This document shows positions 19,288-28,952 of a stretch of 64,000 nucleotides of DNA, in pieces. The DNA is taken from contig CAVYGB010000002.1 of NCBI GenBank assembly GCA_963767925.1, positions 640,001 to 704,000 of the forward strand, read 5' to 3'. This stretch comes from an uncultured delta proteobacterium. Lineage in GTDB: Bacteria; Myxococcota_A; Polyangia; Fen-1088. The notes below the pieces were generated by a model that had not been told where the DNA came from, did no database searches, and was given only the letters and a program-made list of their open reading frames with translations. The position numbers were made by a program, and so were the translations under genes. Each line of letters begins with the position of its first letter. Position 1 is the stretch's first letter.

Positions 19288-20301
19288 TTGGATAGCCACT
19301 TCCTGCTCGTGTGCGCGGTGGTGCTGGCCGCGCTGGTGTTCGACTTCATCAACGGCTTTCACGACGCCGCCAACTCCATCGCCACCGTCGTGTCGACCCG
19401 GGTGCTCAGCCCGCGGCAGGCGGTGGCCTGGGCGGCGTTCTTCAACTTCGTGGCCTTCGCCGTCTTCGACCTGCACGTCGCCAGCACCATCGGCAAGGGC
19501 ATCGTCGCCCCCGACGTGGTCGACATGGCGGTCATCATCGGCGCCCTCGGCGGGGCCATCGCCTGGAACCTGCTCACCTGGTGGGGGGGCCTGCCCTCCA
19601 GCTCCTCGCACGCCCTGGTGGGGGGGCTGATCGGGGCGGGGATCTGCAAGGCCGGGCTGGGCGCCCTCGGCTGGTCGAAGATCGGCATCACCGCCCTGTT
19701 CATCGTCGTCTCGCCGGTGCTGGGCCTCCTCGGGTCGAGCCTGCTGATGATCGGCCTGAGCTGGCTGCTGCGCCGGCAGTCCCACGGCCGGGTGGACCTG
19801 TGGTTCCGCCGCTTGCAGCTCGTCTCCGCCGCCGCCTTCAGCCTCAACCACGGCGGCAACGACGCCCAGAAGACCATGGGCATCATCGTGGTGCTGCTCT
19901 TCTCCCAGGGCTACATGGGCCAGACCTTCCCCACCAGCGAGCAGATCCCCTTCTGGATCGTGCTCTCCTGCCACGCCGCCATGGGCCTCGGCACCCTCAG
20001 CGGCGGCTGGCGCATCGTCAAGACCATGGGCATGCGCCTGACCAAGCTGCGCCCCTTCGGCGGCTTCTGCGCCGAGACCGGCGGCTCCGCCGCCATCTTC
20101 ATCGCGACCTTGCTGGGCGTCCCCGTCTCCACCACCCACACCATCACCGGCGCCATCGTCGGCGTCGGCGCCGTGACCCGCCCCAGCTCCGTCCGCTGGG
20201 CCATCGCCCGCCGCATCCTCTGGGCCTGGATCTTCACCATCCCCGCCTCCGCCGCCATCGCCGCCATCACCTACCTCCTGGCCCGCGCCGCCGGCATCTG
20301 A
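19288..20301 (+). CDS. pit: Inorganic phosphate transporter, PiT family
   Basis: NGFHDAANSIAT, GLPSSSSHALVGG, HGGNDAQKTMG, GVPVSTTH. Confidence 0.92.
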   Translation: MDSHFLLVCAVVLAALVFDFINGFHDAANSIATVVSTRVLSPRQAVAWAAFFNFVAFAVFDLHVASTIGKGIVAPDVVDMAVIIGALGGAIAWNLLTWWGGLPSSSSHALVGGLIGAGICKAGLGALGWSKIGITALFIVVSPVLGLLGSSLLMIGLSWLLRRQSHGRVDLWFRRLQLVSAAAFSLNHGGNDAQKTMGIIVVLLFSQGYMGQTFPTSEQIPFWIVLSCHAAMGLGTLSGGWRIVKTMGMRLTKLRPFGGFCAETGGSAAIFIATLLGVPVSTTHTITGAIVGVGAVTRPSSVRWAIARRILWAWIFTIPASAAIAAITYLLARAAGI

Positions 20302-20512
20302 CCCGGGTCAGGCGTGGCCTGCACGCCTCTGCAGATGGAAGAGGTTTTCCACCTACTCCCGCGTCCATGAAGATCGGGAACATCGCGCGATCATCGACCC
20401 CCAAGACGATTCAGCCAGTTCCGCTGATTGACGACATCGTCGCCTCGCTTCTCCTAGGCTCTCTCGAGCTCTTCGAGCTTGTCCGCGTGCAGGGAGTGCG
20501 GACCAAATAGCT

Positions 20513-21085
20513 TCAGCCGGCGCTGCCGATGCCAGAAGCTCGGGAGGCGGCGTCCCACTGGTCGTGTAGACCCAGATCGGCAATCCACCGACGAAGGTAG
20601 TCGAAGTCCAGCTGTCCCGCTCGAATCCGAAGAATTCCAGCGGCATCGTCAATCTGCCTGTCAGAGGCTCCGAGCTTGGCCCACTCGAGCTTGGCAAGGA
20701 GAACGTCTTCAGCCGTGGCGACAGCGAGTCTGACTCCCTGGATGTCGACAAATTCACGGCGATCGAACTCCGTCCGACTGAACGGCCGTGCCTTACGAAC
20801 GATGAGGTCGACCTTCCAACCAGTGGCAAAATCAATCACGTTGAATTGCCCCTGCCGCTTCTGAGCGTCCAGTGCCGACTCCTCATCGACGTAGTATTCG
20901 GTTTCGGGCAGCGCCTTCACGAGAGCCTTGATCTGCTCCGCCGTGGGAGCGATGACGACGTCGATGTCTTGAGTCGCCCGCGGAGATCCATGGTACGAGC
21001 TCGCGAACGAGCCGGTCAGCATGTATGGAATGCCAGCACGCTCGAGGATGCCGACCATTCGTCGGAACACATCCTCCGCGGTCAT
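20513..21085 (-). CDS. Nucleotidyltransferase-fold protein (putative toxin)
   Basis: YMLTGSFASSYHGSPRATQDIDVV (G-S...DxD), KVDL, EDVLLAKL; lower GC3. Confidence 0.75.
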   Translation of the reverse strand: MTAEDVFRRMVGILERAGIPYMLTGSFASSYHGSPRATQDIDVVIAPTAEQIKALVKALPETEYYVDEESALDAQKRQGQFNVIDFATGWKVDLIVRKARPFSRTEFDRREFVDIQGVRLAVATAEDVLLAKLEWAKLGASDRQIDDAAGILRIRAGQLDFDYLRRWIADLGLHDQWDAASRASGIGSAG

Positions 21086-21306
21086 CTCAGGGGCGGTGGA
21101 AGGGGCGTTGTTCCGAATGCGTAGCGCAGCAGCTCGCGCTTGAGATCTGAATCTGACCAGTCGGGATGCTCGCGCCGGAGCCGAGCGATGGATAGCTGGC
21201 GCGTCATGATGCTCATCTCGAGCGCGAGCTGCAGGCGTTCGGCCCCCGAGAGCCTTCTGTGGATTCCGACCTGGATGGCAATCGCCTGTGAGGTTGTGTC
21301 GCGCAT
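21082..21306 (-). CDS. Small helical partner protein (putative antitoxin)
   Basis: MRDT...RRLSGAERLQLALEM...LRREHPDWS; ATGA overlap with the NTase gene. Confidence 0.7.
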   Translation of the reverse strand: MRDTTSQAIAIQVGIHRRLSGAERLQLALEMSIMTRQLSIARLRREHPDWSDSDLKRELLRYAFGTTPLPPPLR

Positions 21307-21518
21307 TTCGTTCTCGACGGTGGAGCCGGCCAACCTCGTCGAGAAGGGTGATCCTAACATAAGAAACAGCGCATCCTTTCGTGCCGCCACGGCCACCTGC
21401 TGACCTCGAGTCCTGCCAAATCTCCGGGAATCGAAGTCCCGGGCGCAAGGTCGCGGACCGGAACCGGAGCAGCAAGAAACGTCAGGAAGGGCCCAGGGGG
21501 ATGGGATACCGGAGGGGG

Positions 21519-21968
21519 ATGGGTACCTTTTCTGGAGCGGACGCGGCGCCTGAGGCGGAGCGGATCCGCTGGCCTTGGGCGCTGCTCGGGTTCGTCCTCC
21601 TGGAGGTCGCGCTGATCGGCGCGGCGTTTGGGTGGGTGGCGATCTACTCGTATCTGATCGAACCGGGGCGGGATCGAGCGGCGTACGAGGCGTATGCCCA
21701 GGTGGCCAGCCCGATCGTCTCGATCGTGGCGGGTGTGCCGGTGTTCTGGGGGGCGGGGCGGATCCTGCGTGGGCGCCTGCAGCGGGACGCGTCCCGCACG
21801 GCGTTGCTGCTGGGCGGGGTCTACCTGGCGGTGGACGGGCTGATGGTCCTCACCATGGCGGGCGGCCAGCGGTACATTCTGGCGGTGGCTGCGGTCGGCT
21901 ATCTGACGAAGATCGGCGCGCTCTACCTGGGGGTGCGGGGTCTCCCGCCGGCGGCGCGCGGGGGGTGA
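21519..21968 (+). CDS. Hypothetical membrane protein (about 4 TM)
   Basis: Hydrophobic helices; GGAGG RBS. Confidence 0.7.
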   Translation: MGTFSGADAAPEAERIRWPWALLGFVLLEVALIGAAFGWVAIYSYLIEPGRDRAAYEAYAQVASPIVSIVAGVPVFWGAGRILRGRLQRDASRTALLLGGVYLAVDGLMVLTMAGGQRYILAVAAVGYLTKIGALYLGVRGLPPAARGG

Positions 21969-21975
21969 GGGGGAC

Positions 21976-22983
21976 GTGCGGGCGGAGGTGTTGAACCGCG
22001 TCCTGGTGCACGTGCAGGCCAACCTCGAGGAGGACCTGGCGCTGGGGAGCCTGGCGCGGCTGGCCGGGCTGTCTCCGTTTCACTTCGAGCGCCAGTTCTC
22101 GCGGCTGGTCGGCGAGACCGTCAAGCAGTACACCCAGCGGCTCCGCCTCGAGCGCGCCGCCATCCGCCTCCTCCTGCACCGGAGCCGCGTCCTCGACATC
22201 GCCCTCGACTGCGGCTTCCAGGGCCCCGAGACCTTCACCCGCGCCTTTCGCCGCCGCTACGGCCTGTCCCCCCGTGGCTACCGCCAGCGCGGGTTCCCCC
22301 GCCCGCCGCGCCCCGCCCCGCCGCCCCGGACAGCGCGTCCGCTGGACGGCGCCGTCACCGAGCTGTCGTCGACCACGCTGCAGTCTCTGGAAGACCTGCA
22401 CCTCGCCTTCATCCGCCACACCGGCCCCTACGAGCAGGTCAGCGAGACCCTCTGGGCCGATCTGACCACCTGGGCCCGCCGCCACCGGATCCCCGAGCCC
22501 TTCATCCTGCTCGGCATCGGCCACGACGCCCCCGGCATCACCGCGCCCGACAAGCTGCGCTTCGACGCCGCCCTCCGCGTCCCCGGCCCCCTCCGGACCA
22601 CGGGCCGCATCGGCTATCAGCTCCTCACCGGCCGAACCTTCGCCGTCACCACCCACGTCGGCCCCTACGACCTCCTCCCCGCCGCCTACCACGAGCTCGT
22701 GTACGGCGCGAGCCGCCTTCCAGTCGGCAAGCGACGAACCGCCCTGGAGGAATACCTCCACGGCGTCGTGCGACGGTCGTTTCCCGTGCTTCCGTACGAC
22801 GACACCGCGGCGGAATGGCATGGAAAGGAAAGAGCCCGGCTCGAGGAGAGCGGACCAACACCGCCGTTTGTCGATGGCCAGATCGCGGCCATCGCATGCA
22901 CCATGGGCCTCACTCTGGTCACCTCGAACACGAGGGACTTTGCATGGTTCTCGGATCTGAAGATCGCGGATTGGAGCCGCTGA
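21976..22983 (+). CDS. AraC-family regulator with truncated GyrI-like domain fused in frame to a VapC/PIN C-terminal fragment
   Basis: LARLAGLSPFHFERQF, DIALDCGF..FTRAFRRRYG, IRHTGPY, LRFDA, HVGPY; then ELVYG...VLPYDD.AAEW...FVDGQIAAIA...LVTSNTRDF. Confidence 0.8.
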   Translation: MRAEVLNRVLVHVQANLEEDLALGSLARLAGLSPFHFERQFSRLVGETVKQYTQRLRLERAAIRLLLHRSRVLDIALDCGFQGPETFTRAFRRRYGLSPRGYRQRGFPRPPRPAPPPRTARPLDGAVTELSSTTLQSLEDLHLAFIRHTGPYEQVSETLWADLTTWARRHRIPEPFILLGIGHDAPGITAPDKLRFDAALRVPGPLRTTGRIGYQLLTGRTFAVTTHVGPYDLLPAAYHELVYGASRLPVGKRRTALEEYLHGVVRRSFPVLPYDDTAAEWHGKERARLEESGPTPPFVDGQIAAIACTMGLTLVTSNTRDFAWFSDLKIADWSR

Positions 22984-23026
22984 ACGCGATCTAACCCCCC
23001 CATCGCCCGCGCAATCTCGACGCGGT

Positions 23027-23082
23027 GCCCACCCCCCCTTGTAATGACGCTGCTTCACAAGGGGGGGTGGGCCCAATATAAT
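23027..23082 (+). promoter_or_regulatory. 16-bp perfect inverted repeat followed by a consensus -10 box
   Basis: GCCCACCCCCCCTTGT-N14-ACAAGGGGGGGTGGGC, then TATAAT at 23077-23082. Confidence 0.6.
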
Positions 23083-23223
23083 GGTGTGCACTCGCGAGCG
23101 GTTGCGCCCACACGAGCCCCAGACCTTCATCGGGGGGCGGTTCGGCTTGCTGGTCCGGTAGCGGAAGTCCGGGATCCTTTGGGGGTTCCGGGCGGCGATG
23201 GACGACCATTGGAGGTCCCGGTC

Positions 23224-25314
23224 ATGAAGAACCGTGTGGTGCTCGTGTTGGGCTGGCCTGCGCTCGTGCTGGCGCTGGGCGGCTGCATCGGCAACCTGGG
23301 GGGGACGGTCGAGGGGGTGCCGGGAATGGCGCCGGGGCCGGGGCAGCCGACTGACCCGCTGCCGCCGCCGCCCTTCGAGGCGGTGTCGCCGGCTGCGGCG
23401 GCGGCGAAGGTGAAAGACGTCCTCACGGGGTTGCCGCTGGCGGCGGAGGAGCTGGCGGCGGTGACGGGGGATCGGGGGGCGCTGCGCGGGTTGATCGACG
23501 TCTGGATGGGGTTGCCCCAGTTCGACGAGAAGATGCTCGAGTTCTGGAAGAGCGCTTTTCAGCAGACCCAGCTCGACGTGACCGACCTCGACGAGCAGCT
23601 CCGGCTCGACAGCGCGGACGTCAACCGCGAGGACCAGCGGCGCATGCTCACCAGCGTCGAGGAGAGCTTCACCCGCACGGTGATGGCGCTCGTCGACGAG
23701 GGGCGGCCCTTCACCGAGACGGTGACCACCACCCGGTTCATGTTGAACCTGCCGATGATGGTGGCGCTGTCGTACATGGACGCCGCTCCCCGCAACGACA
23801 CCGGGCGGGCGGTGGCGGGCGGCTACTGGCTGATGAACAAATACGGGGGCCCCTCCTTCCGCATGACCATGGTGACGGGGGTCGACCCGCTCACCGGGCT
23901 GGCGGCGGCGCCCATCCCGATCGAGCAGACGCTGGATCCGACAAGCCCGAACTTCATGCGCTTCAACTTCCAGCAGCCCGATCCGGCCCGCTACATGCCG
24001 TGCGCCGAGCCGGTGACGGTGATGGGGGCACGGGCGTTCGAGCGGGTGTTCGGGGCCCTGTTCGGCAGCCGCGACGCCTGCCAGGGGGCGCCCAATGGGC
24101 CTTCGCAGTTCAGCGAGGCGGACTGGAACACCTGGCGCATGGTGGAGATCCGGCCGCCCCGCGCGGGCGAGGAGCGGACGGCCTTCTGGGACCTCGGCCG
24201 CCTGCGCGATCCCGCCACCCGCGAGCTGGTGCTGGCCATGCCCCGGGTCGGGTTCATGACCACCCTGGGCTTCTTCGCCAACTGGCCCACCAACCCGAGC
24301 AACACCTTCCGCGTCACCACCAACCAGGCGCTGATCGTGGCGCTGGGGCGCAGCTTCGACGATCGCACCACCACCGTGCAGGTGGCGGAGACCAGCGTCG
24401 AGGCGATGCACGTGGAGCCCAACTCGCCCTGCTACGGCTGCCACGTGACGCTGGATCCGATGCGGGACTTCTTCCGCCAGAGCTACTCCATCACCTATTA
24501 CCAGCAGCTCGAGGTGAGCCGACGCAACCCGGTGCCGGTCGAGGCGGTCTTCACGGTCGACGGCAGCACGCCGGTGCGAGGCAAGGGGGTGCAGGCCTTC
24601 GCCCAGGCGATGGTGGCCCACCCCCGCTTCGCGGTGGCCTGGGCCCAGAAGCTGTGCCACTTCGCCAACGCCACCTCTTGCCACGAGGACGATCCGGAGT
24701 TCGAGCGGGTCGTCGCCGCCTTCCGGGCCAGCAACCACGACTGGAAGACGCTGGTGCGCGAGCTGTACGCCTCGCCGCTGGTGACCTACGGCGCGCAGAC
24801 CAAGACCACCGAGGCCGACGGCGCCGTCATCTCCATCGCCCGCCGGGAGACGCTGTGCACCCGCCTGAGCAACCGGCTGGGGATGCCCGACGCTTGCAAC
24901 ATCAAGGGGCAGTCCGGGCTGGCCCGGGCCGCCGCCACCTCGGCCCGCAACCTGTCGTTCGGCATCGCCGGGTCGTCTTACGCCCGGGCCGACGAGAAGC
25001 CGGTCATGCCCCACGACCCCAACCTGTTCTTCTCCTCGGCCACCGAGAAGCTGTGCATGTTGCTGGCCGCCCAGCTCGTCGACGGCAACCTGAGCCCCCG
25101 CTGGCGGGCCGCCGCCTTCAACCCCGCCCTCGACGACTTCGTGCACGTCGTGATGGGGGTGCCGGCCAACGACGAGCGCGCGGCCGCCCTGCGGCTGGTG
25201 CTGGCTCGCCACTTCGACGCCGCCCTCGCGGCGAAAGAGCGGCCGGCCGACGCGCTCCGATCCACCTTCGTGCTGGCGTGCTCCTCACCGCTGGCGGTTT
25301 CTTCAGGCCTGTAG
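23224..25314 (+). CDS. Hypothetical c-type cytochrome lipoprotein (DUF1592/1585-like architecture)
   Basis: Lipobox LGGC; CYGCH at 24430-24444 followed by LDPM; C-terminal FAVAWAQKLCHF...FRAS.HDWKTLVREL; GGAGG RBS. Confidence 0.7.
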   Translation: MKNRVVLVLGWPALVLALGGCIGNLGGTVEGVPGMAPGPGQPTDPLPPPPFEAVSPAAAAAKVKDVLTGLPLAAEELAAVTGDRGALRGLIDVWMGLPQFDEKMLEFWKSAFQQTQLDVTDLDEQLRLDSADVNREDQRRMLTSVEESFTRTVMALVDEGRPFTETVTTTRFMLNLPMMVALSYMDAAPRNDTGRAVAGGYWLMNKYGGPSFRMTMVTGVDPLTGLAAAPIPIEQTLDPTSPNFMRFNFQQPDPARYMPCAEPVTVMGARAFERVFGALFGSRDACQGAPNGPSQFSEADWNTWRMVEIRPPRAGEERTAFWDLGRLRDPATRELVLAMPRVGFMTTLGFFANWPTNPSNTFRVTTNQALIVALGRSFDDRTTTVQVAETSVEAMHVEPNSPCYGCHVTLDPMRDFFRQSYSITYYQQLEVSRRNPVPVEAVFTVDGSTPVRGKGVQAFAQAMVAHPRFAVAWAQKLCHFANATSCHEDDPEFERVVAAFRASNHDWKTLVRELYASPLVTYGAQTKTTEADGAVISIARRETLCTRLSNRLGMPDACNIKGQSGLARAAATSARNLSFGIAGSSYARADEKPVMPHDPNLFFSSATEKLCMLLAAQLVDGNLSPRWRAAAFNPALDDFVHVVMGVPANDERAAALRLVLARHFDAALAAKERPADALRSTFVLACSSPLAVSSGL

Positions 25315-25327
25315 AAAGGGAGACGCC

Positions 25328-26653
25328 ATGGACAACGACAACCGTGGAACCCACAGCCGCCGCAGCCTCCTCAAGACCACGCTGTTCGGGGGCAGCGGCC
25401 TCGGCCTCAAGGCGCTCGCCGCCGGCGTGCCGGTCTCCTTCCTCGTCCGCCCGCTCGAGGCCCGGGCCGAGGTGTACCAGTGCGCCGACAAGCCCAAGGC
25501 GCAGTACCTGATCCTCAGCACCAGCTCGGCCGGCGATCCCCTCAACGCCAACGTGCCCGGGACCTACGACTTCCCGGACATCGTGCACGCCGCCGATCCG
25601 CGCATGGCCCCTACCCCGATCAGCCTCGGCGGCAAGCCCTACACGGCGGCCCAGCTCTGGTCGACCTTGCCCCCCTGGGTGCTCGATCGGACGGCGTTTT
25701 TCCACCACGCCACCCTCACCAACAACCACGCCAACCTGCCCAAGGTGCTGCGCCTGATGGGCCAGACCGCCAAGCAGGAGATGTTGCCCTCCATCTTCGC
25801 CAAGTACCTGGCCCCCTGCTTCGGCACCGTGCAGGTGGATCCCATCTCGGCCGGGGCGGGCGACCTGCTCAGCATCGATGGGCGCAGCTTGCCCAACGTG
25901 GCCCCCACCGGCCTGCGCGATCTCCTCACCCGCCCCAACAGCCCCCTCACCCGGCTGCAGGCCATGCGCGACAGCGGGCTCGACGAGATCAACACCATCC
26001 TCAAGGAGCGGGGCACCCAGGCCCAGCGGCGTTACCTCGACAGCCTGGCCCTGTCCCGGCAGCAGGCCCGCTCGCTGGGCAGCGACCTGCTCGACATGCT
26101 CTCGGCCATCCGCAGCGACCGGCCCGACGGGCAGGTGGCGGCGGCGGTGGCCCTCATCAAGATGAACGTGGCCCCGGTTGTCACCATCCGCATCCCCTTC
26201 GGGGGGGACAACCACACCGACGACCAGCTCATGCGCTCGGAGGTCCCGCAGCACGCCACCGCCATCGCCCAGATCGGCGTCCTCATGGAGTCGCTGCGCG
26301 CGGCCGGGCTGCAGGACCAGGTGACCTTCGCGGCCTACAACGTCTTCGGGCGCACCCTGAAGAAGAACGGGCTCGAGGGGCGCGACCACTGGGGCAGCCA
26401 CCACGCCACCGTCATGATGGGCAAGCAGATCCGGGCCGGCGTCATCGGCGGGCTCGAGCCCAAGGCGATGGACTACTACGCCACCCCCATCGACAGCGCG
26501 AGCGGCCTGCCCCGCCCGGGCGGCGGCGACATCCCCTTCGGCGAGACCCTGGCCGCCATGGGCAAGACCCTCGGCGCGGCGCTGGGCATCGCCCCCGACG
26601 CCCTCGACCGGAACATCTCCGGCGGCAAGGTGGTCAGCGCCGCGGTGACCTAG
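25328..26653 (+). CDS. DUF1501-like Tat-exported protein
   Basis: SRRSLLK twin-arginine signal; GGDNH, FGRT, GRDHW, GVIGG. Confidence 0.75.
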   Translation: MDNDNRGTHSRRSLLKTTLFGGSGLGLKALAAGVPVSFLVRPLEARAEVYQCADKPKAQYLILSTSSAGDPLNANVPGTYDFPDIVHAADPRMAPTPISLGGKPYTAAQLWSTLPPWVLDRTAFFHHATLTNNHANLPKVLRLMGQTAKQEMLPSIFAKYLAPCFGTVQVDPISAGAGDLLSIDGRSLPNVAPTGLRDLLTRPNSPLTRLQAMRDSGLDEINTILKERGTQAQRRYLDSLALSRQQARSLGSDLLDMLSAIRSDRPDGQVAAAVALIKMNVAPVVTIRIPFGGDNHTDDQLMRSEVPQHATAIAQIGVLMESLRAAGLQDQVTFAAYNVFGRTLKKNGLEGRDHWGSHHATVMMGKQIRAGVIGGLEPKAMDYYATPIDSASGLPRPGGGDIPFGETLAAMGKTLGAALGIAPDALDRNISGGKVVSAAVT

Positions 26654-28703
26654 CGAGGGTCGAGCCGGGGGCCCCGCCGGAGACGGCGGGGCGCGCCGAG
26701 GGCAGGGTCTCGCGACGCAGGTCGCGGGAAAAGTCGATCAGCAGGCGGTGCCCGGCGTGGACCAGGTCGTAGCGCGAGCGGCCGTAGGCGACGCGGGTGT
26801 AGGGGTTGTCGAAGCGGGGGTGATCCCCCTGGGGGATCACGGTGCCGTCGACCCGCAGGGGGCCGTCCCAGTCGAAGGTGACGAGGCCGACCCCGGGGGC
26901 GCCGTAGCGGACGGAGCGGTTGGTGGCGCGGATGGGGGCGGCGAGGATGCGGTGGACGAAGACGGCGAACGAGCCGTCGACCTTCTCCCGCCCCATCTGG
27001 CAGACCCAGACGTGGTGCCGGCCCTGGGCGACGAGCCCGTCGCCGCCGAGGCCGTCGCCGGGTGACCAGGTGGTCGGCAGGCGCGACCAGAGCGCCAGGT
27101 AGCCCTGCCCCTTGCGCCCGAAGGTCCAGCCCCCCGCCTGCACCACCTCGTCGAACGACTCGCGCCGGAACATGGCCCGGGTGCGCAGGACGAGCGGCTC
27201 CTCCGAGGGGGCCAGTGAGGGGACGGCGTCGTCGACCGCGTCGGGGGGCAAGACGGTGCGCGGTCCCGGCGGGCGGTCGGCGGGCAGGTCGTAGATCGCC
27301 ACCAGCACGTTGCGGTGCTGGGCGGCCCGGGGCAGCCGCCCCTGCCAGTACTTGCGCGAGGCCCCCGGGTTCATGGTGAAGACCGAGGTGCTGGGCCCCA
27401 GCGTCGCCTGCCAGATGTGCTGCTGCGAGCCGGGCGCCCCCTTGCGGTAGTCGAGCGCGGCCGAGAGCTGGTAGTCGGGGGTGCGGAAGGTGACCTTGTC
27501 GACCCGGCGCAGACTGCTGCTGTCGAGGTCGTCCACCGGCGCCCCCCGCCGCTGCAGCTCCCGGTAGGTCTCGAGCAGGGCCACGATGTAGGGGCGCATC
27601 ACCAGCCCGTAGCGATAAAACTGCAGCCCGTCGGTGACGCGCAGGCTGCGCTCGATGTACCCGATCGAGGAGAGCTTGCCCCCCTCGTGCAGCAGGAAGA
27701 AGTCGTCGGGGTCGTCGAAGCTCAGCCCCAGGCGGGGGCCGTCCTCGACCCGCAGGCTCTGGCGCTCGCGGTTGATGAGCTCCTCCGGCCGGTCCTGGGC
27801 GATGCGCTCGATGGTGCGCGGCACCCGGTAGCGCCGGCCGGTGGCCAGATAGATGCTGGCGTAGTTGTCCGGCTTGCCGAGGCTGCCCACCCCCCAGGCC
27901 AGCCGCTGCAGGCCGCCGCTGTCCTCGCCGGGGCCGCCGGCCAGGATGCCCCGGAGCTGGGCCCGGCCGTGGGAGGTGCCGTAATTGCCCTGGAAGGTGT
28001 CGACTGCCATGTCGAAGAACATGACGTCGAGGAGCATGGACGCCCGCCGGCGCAGCCGTTCGTCCTGGCCCAGCTCGGTCACGTTGAGCAGAGCCGAGAT
28101 GGAGGCGACGTAACAGTTGTTCGAGTCCCACTCGTTGAACCCGGTGCGCGCCTTGATGTCGATCCAGCGCAACAGCCGTTCCTTGCCCCGTTGCTCGTGC
28201 CAGCGCCCCGGTTTGCCGTTGTTGCTGAAGATCTCGTCGGGGAAGGCCTGGCCGGCCAGGTACTGGGCGGCGTGATAGGCCACCTGATGGTTCTCCGCCC
28301 ACATCGACAGCAGGTCCCGGCCGCCCGGCTCGTCGGCCCAATATTTGAACCCCAGCAGCGCCGCCTCGATCTCCGCGCGAAGCGCGGGCGAGACCAGCGG
28401 GCTGTCCCGGTAGCTAAGGATGCGCAGCAGGCCGTTGGCGACGAAGTTGCCGCCATCGCGGCGGGCGCGCAGGCCCGCCACCGCGTTGCGCACGGCCTGC
28501 TCGTCGAGCGGTCCCCGCGCCAGCTCGAGCCGGGCGATCTGCGAATACAGGCCGCCCGAGGCGGCGGAGGCCGCGTGCTCGAGGAACATCGCGCGCCGGC
28601 TCTCGTAGGTGCCGCGCGGCTCGGCCCAGTAGGCCGCGGGCCCCGGCGAACCCGGGCCGTTCGCCGCGACCAGCAAGACCAAGATTGGCAAGAACACCGA
28701 CAT
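26634..28703 (-). CDS. Secreted hypothetical protein, possibly glycan-active (heparinase II/III-like layout)
   Basis: Signal peptide; helical N-half with WAENH and GFNEWDSNNCY; beta-rich C-half with SHGR and QQHIWQATL; high GC3. Confidence 0.6.
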   Translation of the reverse strand: MSVFLPILVLLVAANGPGSPGPAAYWAEPRGTYESRRAMFLEHAASAASGGLYSQIARLELARGPLDEQAVRNAVAGLRARRDGGNFVANGLLRILSYRDSPLVSPALRAEIEAALLGFKYWADEPGGRDLLSMWAENHQVAYHAAQYLAGQAFPDEIFSNNGKPGRWHEQRGKERLLRWIDIKARTGFNEWDSNNCYVASISALLNVTELGQDERLRRRASMLLDVMFFDMAVDTFQGNYGTSHGRAQLRGILAGGPGEDSGGLQRLAWGVGSLGKPDNYASIYLATGRRYRVPRTIERIAQDRPEELINRERQSLRVEDGPRLGLSFDDPDDFFLLHEGGKLSSIGYIERSLRVTDGLQFYRYGLVMRPYIVALLETYRELQRRGAPVDDLDSSSLRRVDKVTFRTPDYQLSAALDYRKGAPGSQQHIWQATLGPSTSVFTMNPGASRKYWQGRLPRAAQHRNVLVAIYDLPADRPPGPRTVLPPDAVDDAVPSLAPSEEPLVLRTRAMFRRESFDEVVQAGGWTFGRKGQGYLALWSRLPTTWSPGDGLGGDGLVAQGRHHVWVCQMGREKVDGSFAVFVHRILAAPIRATNRSVRYGAPGVGLVTFDWDGPLRVDGTVIPQGDHPRFDNPYTRVAYGRSRYDLVHAGHRLLIDFSRDLRRETLPSARPAVSGGAPGSTLARSPRR

Positions 28704-28952
28704 ACGTATTCGCCTCCGCTCCGGTGCTCACGCGACGCGCATGCACCGGTCCGCTCGCTGGTCCGGCAAACTACCGCGCCCTTGACTCTCTTGGGGCAAA
28801 TCAACCAGGTGTCTCCGAAAAAACCGACCGCCGCACCGTCAGAGCCAACGGCTGACCCGCAGCGACGCGCGGACCGCCTGGGGACATCGTGGAATTTCAA
28901 TCAGGGAAAAGTCCCGGGTGGTGGGGGGCCGGGCCGTGCGAAGCTCACGAAG

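Noticed and set aside
20320..20510. Lower-GC stretch after pit with short ORFs
   Set aside because: No frame gives a recognisable product
21850..25212. 1120-aa minus-strand ORF and many similar long overlapping ORFs (e.g. 394-2112, 35849-38077)
   Set aside because: Antisense or off-frame shadows of real genes, expected in very GC-rich DNA; no motifs
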